In this document: piece after piece, positions 8,994 through 17,986 of the stretch
Layout: the number at the start of each line of letters is the position of its first letter
How positions within the stretch are numbered: position 1 is the stretch's first letter
Origin: Thermoplasmata archaeon
Lineage (GTDB): Archaea; Thermoplasmatota; Thermoplasmata; Lutacidiplasmatales; UBA184
DNA length: 64,000 nt
Direction of reading: 5' to 3'
Assembly (NCBI GenBank): GCA_035656255.1
Contig: DASRSV010000030.1
Coordinates: forward strand, 1,338 to 65,337
Program-made: the position numbers and the translations under genes
Notes under the pieces: generated by a model
The model's input: only the letters and a program-made list of their open reading frames with translations
Told to the model about the DNA's origin: nothing
Databases searched by the model: none

Positions 8994-10109
8994 ATGCGCG
9001 CGGCGCTGACCGCTCGAGCCAACGGTGCGGGGATTGTCGGATTCGACACGTTCGTCGAGATCGCTCTCTACACCCCCGGCGTCGGGTACTACGCCCGCGA
9101 GACTACGACCATTGGACCTCAGGGTGACTTCTACACGGCCCCCCAAGTGCACCCTATCTTCGGGGCGGTGGTCGCCCAGCACGTCCTCGCCGAGTTCGAG
9201 CGCCTCGGACGACCGTCGGGGTTCACCTTCGCGGAGCTCGGCCCGGGCGACGGCACGCTCTCGGGGACGGTGCTGGAGGCGATCGGCGAAGACCGGCGCG
9301 CCGACGGGTGGAGCGTTCGCCTCATCGACCGATCGGTCCCTCTCGGGGACGCGGCCTTCCGGCGGGTCCGCGCGGCCGCGTTCCCGGGCCGGTTCGACGT
9401 CCGGTCGATGGGCTCGATCGCGGAGGGCGGACCGTTCGTCGGGGTCGTCCTCGCGAACGAGCTGCTCGACGCCCAACCGTTCCGACGCTTCGTCCGACGG
9501 GCGGGAGAGTGGCGTGAGATCGGGGTGCGGCTCCGGGGTGACTCGTTGGAGCCGACCGAATCCGAGCTCCTGGCGCCCATCGCCGGCGGGCCATTGCCGG
9601 ACCGCGCCCCCGACGGGACGGTGTTCGAGCTCTCCGAGATCGCCGAGGCCGTGCTCCGCGAGGTCGCCGACAATCTGCTCGCCGGCGGCGCGGTGTTCTT
9701 CGACTACGGGGCGACCGAGGACGAGCTCGTCCGGGGGCGCCCGCGGGGAACCGCGACGGCGGTTCGCGCCCACCGCGTGGTCGACGATCTGACCGCGGAC
9801 GCGGGCCAGGTCGACTTGAGCAGTTTTGTCAACTTCACGCGGATGGAGGACGCGTCCGCTCGCGCGGGATTCGAGATCGTCCGGTCGGAAGTACAACGCA
9901 ACGCGTTGGCGGCGTGGGGGTTCGAGGGCGTTCTTGACGCGATGCGCGGCCGTACGACGTCGACGGAGGAGCGGCTCCGCCTCGACCTCGCCGCCAAGCG
10001 GATCCTGTTCGATTTCGAGTCGTTCCGGTGCCTCGAACTCCGACCCCCACGATCGGCGGGTCCACCTCCACGGGGACCTGCCGTTCCCGCCGCAACGGGA
10101 CCGAACTGA
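8994..10109 (+). CDS. MidA/NDUFAF7-family class I SAM-dependent methyltransferase (DUF185)
   Basis: FVEIALYTPGVGYY and the ELGPGDGTL SAM-binding motif. ATG 8994 is preferred over ORF-track 8919, since a GGAGGGG lies upstream, but the start is uncertain. Confidence 0.65.
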   Translation: MRAALTARANGAGIVGFDTFVEIALYTPGVGYYARETTTIGPQGDFYTAPQVHPIFGAVVAQHVLAEFERLGRPSGFTFAELGPGDGTLSGTVLEAIGEDRRADGWSVRLIDRSVPLGDAAFRRVRAAAFPGRFDVRSMGSIAEGGPFVGVVLANELLDAQPFRRFVRRAGEWREIGVRLRGDSLEPTESELLAPIAGGPLPDRAPDGTVFELSEIAEAVLREVADNLLAGGAVFFDYGATEDELVRGRPRGTATAVRAHRVVDDLTADAGQVDLSSFVNFTRMEDASARAGFEIVRSEVQRNALAAWGFEGVLDAMRGRTTSTEERLRLDLAAKRILFDFESFRCLELRPPRSAGPPPRGPAVPAATGPN

Positions 10110-10130
10110 ACGCCCGCCTTGGGGTCCGGC

Positions 10131-10781
10131 CTAGGTCATCGCGCGGCGGACGTCGGCCCCGACGCGCTCCGCCACTTTTGAATCGACCAGAATCCTCGCG
10201 ATCTTCTCGGGAAGCGAAAGCACGTCGTCCTTTCGGAGTTCGATCGACTCGGTGCCGGTGTCGATCGCCCGCTGGTCCTGCAGGATCCGAACGAAGACGG
10301 GCGGGGCGGGCGCCGGAGCGCCCTCCGGCGCTTGGGGCGCCGCGACCGGGCCGGCGGCAGGGTGGGAGCCGGCCAGCGACGTCGGCGTCGGCCCGGACGC
10401 GCCCTCGAGGTACGGCGCGACCGTCGACCGGTGCGCGGCCAAGACCTGGGTCAGCTCGTCGAACAGGCCGCGCTCCTCGGCCAGCAGGTTCGCGACGTCC
10501 TTCGCACCGCCGACCGCGGCCTGGAACGCGAAGGAGACGACCTTCGTCATCCGCGCCTCGACGACGTCGCGGGCGATCTGCGACGCCCGCTGGTACGTCT
10601 GGCGTGCGAGCTCGCTCTTCTTCCCCGCCGGGTTCTCGCGGACCTCGCGTTCGAACGTAGCGCGCGCGTCGCCCAGGTAGACCCGCGTCGCGGCGTAGAA
10701 GTCGTGCGGCAGCTTGCTCAAGCCCCGAGCGGCGGACTCCGCTCGCCGCCACTCGAGGAGCTGGGTGTAGTGATCCGGCAC
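10131..10781 (-). CDS. GINS-like replication factor (Gins51/Sld5-like A+B domains)
   Basis: GTG at 10781 with GGAG upstream. The N-terminal helical domain carries a LPHDFY motif. The C-terminal B-domain-like segment is VFVRILQDQRAIDTGTESIELRKDDVLSLPEKIARILV. The ORF-track N-terminal extension to 11048 is rejected as the shadow of the Toprim gene. Confidence 0.5.
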   Translation of the reverse strand: MPDHYTQLLEWRRAESAARGLSKLPHDFYAATRVYLGDARATFEREVRENPAGKKSELARQTYQRASQIARDVVEARMTKVVSFAFQAAVGGAKDVANLLAEERGLFDELTQVLAAHRSTVAPYLEGASGPTPTSLAGSHPAAGPVAAPQAPEGAPAPAPPVFVRILQDQRAIDTGTESIELRKDDVLSLPEKIARILVDSKVAERVGADVRRAMT

Positions 10782-10878
10782 CGACGACGCTCCCCTCTGG
10801 CGAGAGGGGACGGAGGCTAAGAGCGTTCGGAAACCTACCGGCCCGGCGGACGGTGACTTCGCCGTCCCGGAGCCGTTC

Positions 10879-11325
10879 TTGGAGCCGACCGACCCTCGGC
10901 GGGAGGCATGGCGCGACTTTGTCGAGCTATGGACCGATCTCCAACGGCGCACGAACGAGGAGCGGGCCGTGGTGGTCGTCGAGGGAGAGCGCGACCGGGC
11001 CTCCCTGCAGGCGCTCGGAATCCAGGGCACGATCGTCCTCGTCCACAACGGCCATTCGTTGGCCGCGGTCGCTCAATCGCTCGCCGAACTGCGTCGACCG
11101 GTGGTCGTTCTGACCGACTGGGATACGGAAGGAGGTCATCTCGCCCGGCGTCTGCGCGAGTTCCTCGAGGCGAGCGGTGTCCGTTTCGATCTCGATTTCC
11201 GCCGGAAACTGTCTCGGAGGTTGAAGGGCGAGCTCGTCCACGTCGAGGGACTGGCCGGCTGGGCCCGACGCTCCGCCGAGCGCGAGGGCGCTCCGCTCGA
11301 CCACTTCCTCTCTCCCGAACGGTAG
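10879..11325 (+). CDS. Small Toprim-domain protein (COG1658-like)
   Basis: VVVVEGERDRASL (Toprim catalytic E) and VVVLTDWDTEGGHLARRL (DxD motif). 148 aa. Divergent from the GINS-like gene. Confidence 0.6.
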   Translation: MEPTDPRREAWRDFVELWTDLQRRTNEERAVVVVEGERDRASLQALGIQGTIVLVHNGHSLAAVAQSLAELRRPVVVLTDWDTEGGHLARRLREFLEASGVRFDLDFRRKLSRRLKGELVHVEGLAGWARRSAEREGAPLDHFLSPER

Positions 11326-11605
11326 GCTCGAGCCGTCCCTGCCGGCCGACCCCCCGCCCTTCGGGAGGCCCGGCACGCCGGGACGCTCCTCTCCTACGGG
11401 TGAACGGACGAGGACGGCATCGAGGCGGGCACCTCGAGCGGGGTCTCCCGCACCGGGGCGGCTCCCACGTCGGCCCGCCGCCCCCGCCGGGATCCATCCC
11501 CTAGGTCGCACGGCGGGACGTCGGCTGAGATCTCGGGATGGTGGCCGCGATCCAGTCAGGCGCGCGCCCGTGAATCGTGCTCCCAACCAAGGGGGGGTAC
11601 GCGGG

Positions 11606-12853
11606 TCAGCCGAATCCGATCCCCGTCAGGGCCGAGAGGAGTGAAGGGTTGGCCGCGCTCCCGACCGCGACGAGCCGCAGCGACCCCTTCAGATTGTTCG
11701 GGCAGGAGAAGAAGCTGGGTCCGTCCCACGAGCCGCCCGTCGCCGCCGAGAGCGCGCACCCCGACGTCAGGATCCGGTAGATGTCGCCGCGGACGATCGT
11801 ACCGTTCGGACCGCCCCCCGTCCGACCGGCGGGCCACTGCTTCGAGAGCGGATCGGTCACCCCGTTGTAGAGCGAGATCGTGTCCACGGTGCAGTTACCG
11901 CCCAAGGAACGCGCGCAGAGCGGCCCGGATCGAGCGAGCCACGCGATCGAGTCGTTCGCAATGCCGTTCGACGACCGGGCCCACCCTTCGCACCACGGGC
12001 TCTTCAGGCCAGCACCGAATGTGTACTGAGGCTCACAGTTCGGGCTCTGGCAGCTCCCACGGCAGTACGCCGAGTAGTCCGACGCGCTGACCGAGTAGTT
12101 GACGGAGTACCCTTGGGACCGCGGCGCGGTCGAGCCAATGAGGACGACGACGTGGTGGGCCTTCGTCGACCAGTTGAATCCGCGCGTCCCGAGGGCTCCG
12201 TAGAGCGCGGTTACGGACGAAGAGTGGAGGATGTTGTCCGAAAGGTCGGAGTCCGCGTAGGTCCCACCGCCGCCCAGGACGTGCGCGCGGAACGAAAGGT
12301 TCACGGCCGACTGGAAGGTCGCGGCCGCGGTGAAATTCCGGACGTCCACGTGGAAAGCACTCCCGTCACCGTCGTCGAACTTGTCGGCGGTAGCGAAGAA
12401 GTCCGCGAGACCGAACGTGACCTTCGTTCCCGGATGCCCTGCCGCGATCGCGGAGGCGATCTGGCCCGCCCGGATCACAAAGAACGGCCCGCCGTTCGAC
12501 TCGTTGCACACGTGGATGGAGTTCGGGGCGCCGGCGCAGGCATCGTATCCAGGGTCGCCGGCCGTAGCGTCATAGAAACCGTCGTAGGCCGTCGTCTCCA
12601 GCAGGAACGCGACCTGGACCGCCGACCAGTTGCTCGAACTTCCGCCCGACGGGAGCGGGAGCGTGGCCGAGGAGGCCCCGGCGCCGGACCAAGTCGCCGG
12701 CGGACCGCTGATGTGGGTTCCGGCCGAGACTACGGCGACGAGGGCCACGACGGTGACGGCGAACCCCACGAGGAGTCCCCGCGGTCGGCGGGCTCGCGGT
12801 AGGGATGCGCTTCTTGGCCCGGTGTGCGCCCGTCCCGCACGTCGAGCGTCCAC
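11606..12853 (-). CDS. Secreted/membrane-anchored Cys-rich glycoprotein of unknown function
   Basis: GTG start. Basic N-terminus followed by a hydrophobic helix LLVGFAVTVVALVAVVSAG. Many N-x-S/T sequons and about 12 cysteines. Confidence 0.55.
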   Translation of the reverse strand: MDARRAGRAHTGPRSASLPRARRPRGLLVGFAVTVVALVAVVSAGTHISGPPATWSGAGASSATLPLPSGGSSSNWSAVQVAFLLETTAYDGFYDATAGDPGYDACAGAPNSIHVCNESNGGPFFVIRAGQIASAIAAGHPGTKVTFGLADFFATADKFDDGDGSAFHVDVRNFTAAATFQSAVNLSFRAHVLGGGGTYADSDLSDNILHSSSVTALYGALGTRGFNWSTKAHHVVVLIGSTAPRSQGYSVNYSVSASDYSAYCRGSCQSPNCEPQYTFGAGLKSPWCEGWARSSNGIANDSIAWLARSGPLCARSLGGNCTVDTISLYNGVTDPLSKQWPAGRTGGGPNGTIVRGDIYRILTSGCALSAATGGSWDGPSFFSCPNNLKGSLRLVAVGSAANPSLLSALTGIGFG

Positions 12854-13027
12854 GATCTTGTCGAGCCGGGCATGTGTCTTAATCCTCCCCTATTCGCACC
12901 GCGGCGGGCGGTAGTTCGCTCACGCGAAGTCCTCCCGGTACATCGGGCGCACCGGCAGGGGCCCGAGAGGGACCGACCGGATCTGCACCCTCGCCCCGCG
13001 AGTCCCGCGAGACAGCGGCGTGAGATA

Positions 13028-13642
13028 CTACGGAATGACTTTCGTCTGGGTCCGGCGCGTGTCGCGGCGATTGCGCGAGCGGGACGGACGGAACCGTTCG
13101 GTTCCCTTGCCGGTCCAGCGGAGGCCGCGTCCCTCGCGGCCCGCACGGGTGAGCCCTCGGAAGACCCGTCCCTTGTGGACCGGGTCCGCGATCCACGAAA
13201 GGTGCGGGTCGCTCAGGATCTCCGGATGGACCGGGTCGATGAGGACGACCTCGTAGAACTTCTGCTTCCCGTCCTCGCCGACCCAGTAGGAGTTCAGCAC
13301 CTCGAGGTTCGGGTAGTGCTTCTGCGCCCGCTCCTCTGCGATCCGCTGAAGGCTTTTCGCGAGCGTCATCCGGAGGATCCCCTTGTGCTTCGGTCGCCGC
13401 CCGGCGATGATCGCGCGCTTGTTCTGGCCGCCCCGACGGACGCGGACGCGGGCGAGCACGAATCCCCCCTTCGCCTTCCACCCGATCGCGCGCGCGCGGT
13501 CGAGCCGGGTCGGGTGCTCGAGGCGGGTGACCGACTCCTGCTGACGCCAGTGCAGCAGGCGCTCGTGCCGTAGCGCCGCGCCCTCGGGACCCTGCGTCGC
13601 CCGGAACGACCGGGACATGTACCGATACGCCGAGGTACCCAT
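13028..13642 (-). CDS. rpl15e: 50S ribosomal protein L15e
   Basis: MGTSAYRYMSRSFRATQ... plus the conserved basic core and HPEIL motif. 204 aa. Confidence 0.9.
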   Translation of the reverse strand: MGTSAYRYMSRSFRATQGPEGAALRHERLLHWRQQESVTRLEHPTRLDRARAIGWKAKGGFVLARVRVRRGGQNKRAIIAGRRPKHKGILRMTLAKSLQRIAEERAQKHYPNLEVLNSYWVGEDGKQKFYEVVLIDPVHPEILSDPHLSWIADPVHKGRVFRGLTRAGREGRGLRWTGKGTERFRPSRSRNRRDTRRTQTKVIP

Positions 13643-13677
13643 GGAAGCGGCGGCCGACCTGAGAACGACTTAAAAGC

Positions 13678-14118
13678 CTATGGCCGGGGACGCGCGGCGT
13701 TCGACACCGCCGGCGCGTCCTGGGCCGGCGCCGACTCCCACGGAAGCTGACTCCCCGGCGCGCGCGTCACTTTCGATGTACCGTGGGTCTCCGTGAGAAC
13801 GGACCGCTCGACGTGCGCGAACAGCTCGCGTGCGAACCGGATCATCCGGGGTCGGTCGGGCTCGGTGATCGACTCCGGCCGGTCCCACGTCGCCGCCGAA
13901 CCACCGCTCGTCGGGTAGACATGGAACGCGATCTCCTTCCCCCCGTCCGGGACCGCCGGATTCATCCGGTTGAGCCGGGCGAGGACGCCGCTCTCGGACG
14001 GGTCGGTCGATTCGGTGCGTTCCACGGCGAACCCCGCGGACGTGAGGTACTCCGCGATGTGCGAGGCGAACCGCTCGCGCCCGATCCCGCGTACCCGGGC
14101 CCAGTCCCGTTCAGTCAT
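13678..14118 (-). CDS. Hypothetical protein
   Basis: 146 aa ORF. Its start overlaps the trmH-like stop by 8 nt and it ends 36 nt upstream of rpl15e. Confidence 0.35.
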   Translation of the reverse strand: MTERDWARVRGIGRERFASHIAEYLTSAGFAVERTESTDPSESGVLARLNRMNPAVPDGGKEIAFHVYPTSGGSAATWDRPESITEPDRPRMIRFARELFAHVERSVLTETHGTSKVTRAPGSQLPWESAPAQDAPAVSNAARPRP

Positions 14119-14884
14119 CCCGTTCGGCCGCCCGCCGCTCGAGGCCCTTCAGGAACCCGAGGAGCATTCGCAGCTCCGCCTCGCTCGGCGTCGCGCGACC
14201 GAGCAGGCGTCGGAACAGCAGTAGAAGACCCTTGCGCTTGTGCGCCGGATACCCGGTCCGGCGGGCGAGCGCCCCGATCCGTTCGAGCAGGAGCTCCTTC
14301 TCGCGCCCGTCGAGGAGGACGGTCTCGGGCTGCGGCGTGCTCTGCGGATGGTCGCCGCCTTGGCCGCGGTGGATCGCGTAGAGGACGACCCCGGCGGCGT
14401 GCGAGAGGTTGAGGGTCGGGAACTCGCGACGGGCCGGGACGTGCACGAGCAGGTCGCAGCGGGCGAGCTCCTCGCGTCCCAGCCCGTTGTCCTCGGGGCC
14501 GAATGCCACGGCGACGGTCCCGGCCGTGAGGCGTACCAGCTCCCCCAGCTTCTCGGGGGGCACGGAGTGGCGGAGGTAGGCCCGCGACCGACCGTTCACG
14601 AGGTCGGTCGTGCCGACGACGAAGTCGGCGTCGTCCACCGCTTCGTCGAATGATCGAACGCGCTTCGCCGCCGTGAGCAACGCCAACCCTCCCATCGCCC
14701 GGCGCCGGGCGACGGCGCCGATGCGCGCCCGTGCCGCCACGAGGACGATCTCGTCCGCCCCGAAGTTCCGCGCGAGGCGCGCGACGGCCCCGACGTTCCC
14801 GTCCTCCTTGGGACGGACGAGCACGACCCGCAGCCGGGCGGTCAGGCCGCCTCGCCCTCCGCGAAGAGCCGACGGACCATCCAC
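14111..14884 (-). CDS. SpoU/TrmH-family RNA 2'-O-methyltransferase
   Basis: LRVVLVRPKEDGNVGAVARLARNFG N-terminus and C-terminal SPOUT motifs (LNLSHAAGVVLY). The start may lie downstream of 14884, which would reduce the overlap with ftsY. Confidence 0.7.
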   Translation of the reverse strand: MDGPSALRGGRGGLTARLRVVLVRPKEDGNVGAVARLARNFGADEIVLVAARARIGAVARRRAMGGLALLTAAKRVRSFDEAVDDADFVVGTTDLVNGRSRAYLRHSVPPEKLGELVRLTAGTVAVAFGPEDNGLGREELARCDLLVHVPARREFPTLNLSHAAGVVLYAIHRGQGGDHPQSTPQPETVLLDGREKELLLERIGALARRTGYPAHKRKGLLLLFRRLLGRATPSEAELRMLLGFLKGLERRAAERDD

Positions 14885-16074
14885 TTCGAGTCGAACCGCC
14901 GCAGGTCGCCGTACCCTTGGCCGACCCCGACATAGTACACCGGCTTTCCGGTGACGAAGGTCGCGGAGAGGGCCGCGCCGCCCTTCGCATCCGCGTCGAG
15001 CTTGGTGAGGATCAGCCCGTCGATGCCGAGCGCTTCCTGGAATCGCTTCGCCTGCTCGGTGACGTCGTTGCCGCTCAACGCGTCCCCCACGAACAGGGTG
15101 AGCTGGGGGGCGACGACACGCCGGATCTTCTTCGCCTCTTCGACGAGGTTCTCGTTGGTGTGCTGCCGGCCGGCCGTATCGACCAGGACGACGTCGAGGT
15201 GGCGAGCCTTCGCGTGCGCGACCGCGTCATAGGCGACCGCGGCGGGGTCGCTCCCCTCCTGTTGTCGGACGACCTTGATCCCGAGTCGCTCGCCGTGGAC
15301 GAGCAGTTGCTCGATCGCACCGGCCCGGAACGTGTCCCCCGCCGCGATCGCGACGCCGAGGCCCTGGTCCCGGAAATAGCCGGCGAGCTTCGCGACGGTC
15401 GTGGTCTTGCCGGTGCCGTTCACGCCGACGAACATCACCACGAACGGCTTTGTGGGGAATGCCCGGATCTGCGCGACGAGGTCGGGAGCGGTGCGGCTCA
15501 GGATCGACTGGACCGAGCCCTCGAGCGTCGCGCGGACCGCTTCGTCGACCTCGACCCCCCACTTGAGCTTCCGACCGGCGAGGCTCTTCCCGACGTCGCG
15601 CCGTAGCCGCTCGACGACCGCGAGCGCAACGTCCGACTCGAGCAGAGCGATTTCGAGGTCGTCCAGGACGTCGTCGAGCGCGGCGTCCTTGATTCGGGTC
15701 CCGAAGAACCCGTCCGAGAACATCTCCGCGGGGGGGGCAGTGCTCGGGCGCGGAGTGGGCGTTCGGACGGGGGTCGGGGAGGGACGGGCCGGGGCGGGTG
15801 TCTGTGGGCCGACTGCCCGGGCAGCGGACGCCGGCCGTGCGCCGGCCGCGGCCAGCCCGGTAGGTCGAGAGGTCGTAGAGGGAGTTCGTGTCGACGGAGA
15901 ACCTCGGGGGGGGGCCGGCCCTCCCTTCGGGGTTGCCGCCAAATTTGGGCTCGTGGCCGCCGGCTCCGCCCGGCGCGTCGCCGGTTTCTCCGAGGTCATC
16001 GGCGCCGGCACGGGCGCTTCGGCTGGGGGCTCGTCCTCGTGACGCCGGAATCGCGCCTTAATCGCGGCCCACAT
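14842..16074 (-). CDS. ftsY: Signal recognition particle receptor FtsY
   Basis: NG domain: FVGVNGTGKTTTVAKLA, DTFRAGAIEQL, DTAGRQH, TKLDADAKGG. The N-terminal Pro/Ala-rich acidic region is typical. ATG 16074 overlaps the pfdA stop by 17 nt. Confidence 0.85.
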   Translation of the reverse strand: MWAAIKARFRRHEDEPPAEAPVPAPMTSEKPATRRAEPAATSPNLAATPKGGPAPPRGSPSTRTPSTTSRPTGLAAAGARPASAARAVGPQTPAPARPSPTPVRTPTPRPSTAPPAEMFSDGFFGTRIKDAALDDVLDDLEIALLESDVALAVVERLRRDVGKSLAGRKLKWGVEVDEAVRATLEGSVQSILSRTAPDLVAQIRAFPTKPFVVMFVGVNGTGKTTTVAKLAGYFRDQGLGVAIAAGDTFRAGAIEQLLVHGERLGIKVVRQQEGSDPAAVAYDAVAHAKARHLDVVLVDTAGRQHTNENLVEEAKKIRRVVAPQLTLFVGDALSGNDVTEQAKRFQEALGIDGLILTKLDADAKGGAALSATFVTGKPVYYVGVGQGYGDLRRFDSKWMVRRLFAEGEAA

Positions 16075-16525
16075 CGCCCGCCGGCGGGGCCGACGTGCTC
16101 CGCGAGAGTGCTTCGACGCGCTGCGACATCGCCTCGATGCGCTGCTCGAGCGTCCCAATCTGGCCCTCGAGGTCGCGTGCGGCTTGGTCCAGCTTGGTGA
16201 GGCGCTCGGCGAGCATCTCGCTCGCCTTCGGCGCCTCGAGTTCGACGACCACGCCCGCGCCCAGCCCGAGCAGCACCTTCTGTTCCGGATGCGCGGTCCC
16301 CCGCAGGAACGCGTCCGCGCCGAGCGGGATCAGGATCTCCGAGCCTTCCACCGCCCGCTCGAGCCCCTCAAGCGCTTCGCGCGAGCGAAGGTGGTCGCCG
16401 CGGGAGGCGGTCAGGTACTGATGCTGCTGGAGCATGGCGGAGAGTTGGGATCGGTACGCTTCGAGCCGGACAAGGTCCTCCTGGATCTGCTGCTCCGCGT
16501 CGCGCGGAGGAGCGACGGAGCTCAC
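16058..16525 (-). CDS. pfdA: Prefoldin alpha subunit
   Basis: Coiled-coil/beta-hairpin/coiled-coil architecture. GTG 16525 overlaps the rplX stop as GTGA. The conserved archaeal order rplX-pfdA-ftsY supports the call. Confidence 0.75.
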   Translation of the reverse strand: MSSVAPPRDAEQQIQEDLVRLEAYRSQLSAMLQQHQYLTASRGDHLRSREALEGLERAVEGSEILIPLGADAFLRGTAHPEQKVLLGLGAGVVVELEAPKASEMLAERLTKLDQAARDLEGQIGTLEQRIEAMSQRVEALSRSTSAPPAGDVGRD

Positions 16526-16707
16526 GGTGTCGCCTCGGCGACCGACTCGATCACGATCGATCGACGGGGGACGTGGTGGCATCCACCGATCTCGGAAAGC
16601 GCCCATTCGCGGGCGTGCGCCGCGTCGGGGGCTTCACAGCTCGAGCGGAACGTCTGGTAGAAGCCCCGCCGCGCAAGGTACCGGCCCTGAATGGTGAATG
16701 TCGCCAT
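16522..16707 (-). CDS. rplX: 50S ribosomal protein LX (L18Ae/L20A family)
   Basis: 61 aa. MATFTIQGRYLARRGFYQTFRSSCEAPDAAHAREWALSEIGGCHHVPRRSIVIESVAE matches the LX consensus (R-G-F-x-F...E-A-x-N-E...G-x-x-H-x-x-K-R-x-x-I-x-I-E-S-V-E). Confidence 0.7.
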   Translation of the reverse strand: MATFTIQGRYLARRGFYQTFRSSCEAPDAAHAREWALSEIGGCHHVPRRSIVIESVAEATP

Positions 16708-17051
16708 CGCGTCCCTAAGAGCATCCGACCACCGACGCTTGAGCCATAAAGCTGCCTCGGCGCGGACCGCGCGCCGGCGCGGCGTTCGTCCCGAGGCGTC
16801 GGCTCGTACCCGCCGCGGGGACCGGTATCACTCAGGTGAGCCCCCGGTCCCTTCACCCGGTGCGGATTCCTGAGCTCGGTGCTCCTCGAACTTTCGCCGC
16901 TCGAGCTCCCAGCGGGCGCGCCGGGCCCAGAGCGCTTCATCGACCGGCCGCTCCGGCTCGGGCGCGGGGGGCTCCGCTCCGACCTCAGGTTCGACGCCCC
17001 GAGGCGGCCCCGGCTCGGCGTCGAGCTGCCGGACGTGGGCCGGCCCTCGAG

Positions 17052-17981
17052 CTACGCCGCGACGGCCGCGACCCCGGCCCACCGTTCCTCCACCTCTTCG
17101 TCCGTGAAGGCGATCGTCGGGGAGAACACGACCCGGTCGCCCCATCGCACGCGCGCCTCACCGTACTCCTCGAGCTGGAGCGGCAGCACTATCCCGTCCG
17201 CGTGGAGCTCGTCAGCGAGCTGAACCAACGACGGATGGACGGTCTCGGGAGCATCCGGCGCGAGCTCCACGCGGCCCTCGGGGTCGAACCGCTGGAGGAT
17301 CTCCCGGACGATGCTCTCGCTCGCCCGGGTGGCGACGATCCCGGTCCGGCACCCGCGCTTCATCATCAGGTAGGCCCCAAGGCCGCCCCGGACGCCGTCG
17401 ACGAGGGCGACGACCTTCCCTGCGACCCCGAGGGGAAGTCCTCCCGGGCCACCTTCGCGGCCGAACGAAAGGTACGTCCGCGGTCCGCGTACCTCCACGC
17501 TCAGCTCCACGTCCGGCGCCTCGAGACGGACCGTGAGGTGCCGTTCGGGCCAGCGGGCCAGGACGGCCGCGCCGAGGACGCGCGCGAGCTCCTGGCTCGT
17601 GAACGGGTGGGTCCCTGTCCGCCGCGCCCGGACCGCGAAGCTGGCCCGCTCGGGGAGGTGAACGTCCGCCAGCGCGAGCAGGCGCGACTCGATCGCGGCC
17701 GGCTCGCTGGGGACTTCGAAGACCTCGCTCACCGAGGTGACCCCGAAGACTCGACGAAGGAGTCGTACCGCGGCCACGACGTCCGCCGCCTCGACGTAGA
17801 GGTGGCCATGGTCGGCGCGCACATGGCACTCCGCCCGAGCGGCGCGGAACTGGGCGAGGATGTTGCGGACCAGGGTCCGCTCGAACTCGCGGCGGACCGG
17901 AGCCGACTTGAGCGCGAGTTCGCCGTAGCGGACGAGGACGAGCCCAGCCACGACGCTGCCGTTATGTCGGCGGGCCCGCAT
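17052..17981 (-). CDS. THUMP-domain ThiI-like protein (tRNA-modification family) without a canonical PP-loop
   Basis: LVRYGELALKS is a ThiI/THUMP N-terminal signature. 309 aa. No SGGxDS motif was seen. Confidence 0.55.
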   Translation of the reverse strand: MRARRHNGSVVAGLVLVRYGELALKSAPVRREFERTLVRNILAQFRAARAECHVRADHGHLYVEAADVVAAVRLLRRVFGVTSVSEVFEVPSEPAAIESRLLALADVHLPERASFAVRARRTGTHPFTSQELARVLGAAVLARWPERHLTVRLEAPDVELSVEVRGPRTYLSFGREGGPGGLPLGVAGKVVALVDGVRGGLGAYLMMKRGCRTGIVATRASESIVREILQRFDPEGRVELAPDAPETVHPSLVQLADELHADGIVLPLQLEEYGEARVRWGDRVVFSPTIAFTDEEVEERWAGVAAVAA

Positions 17982-17986
17982 GAGCG

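Noticed and set aside
10782-11048. N-terminal 89 aa of ORF 10131-11048
   Set aside because: Antisense to the Toprim gene and compositionally junk. The GINS-like domain begins at GTG 10781, which has GGAG upstream.
16708-17051. Small ORF 16828-17145 (-) as a candidate rpl31e or eIF6 in the expected position upstream of rplX
   Set aside because: The translation is Gly/Arg/Pro-rich and does not match the L31e consensus. It also overlaps the ThiI-like C-terminus. Left unannotated.
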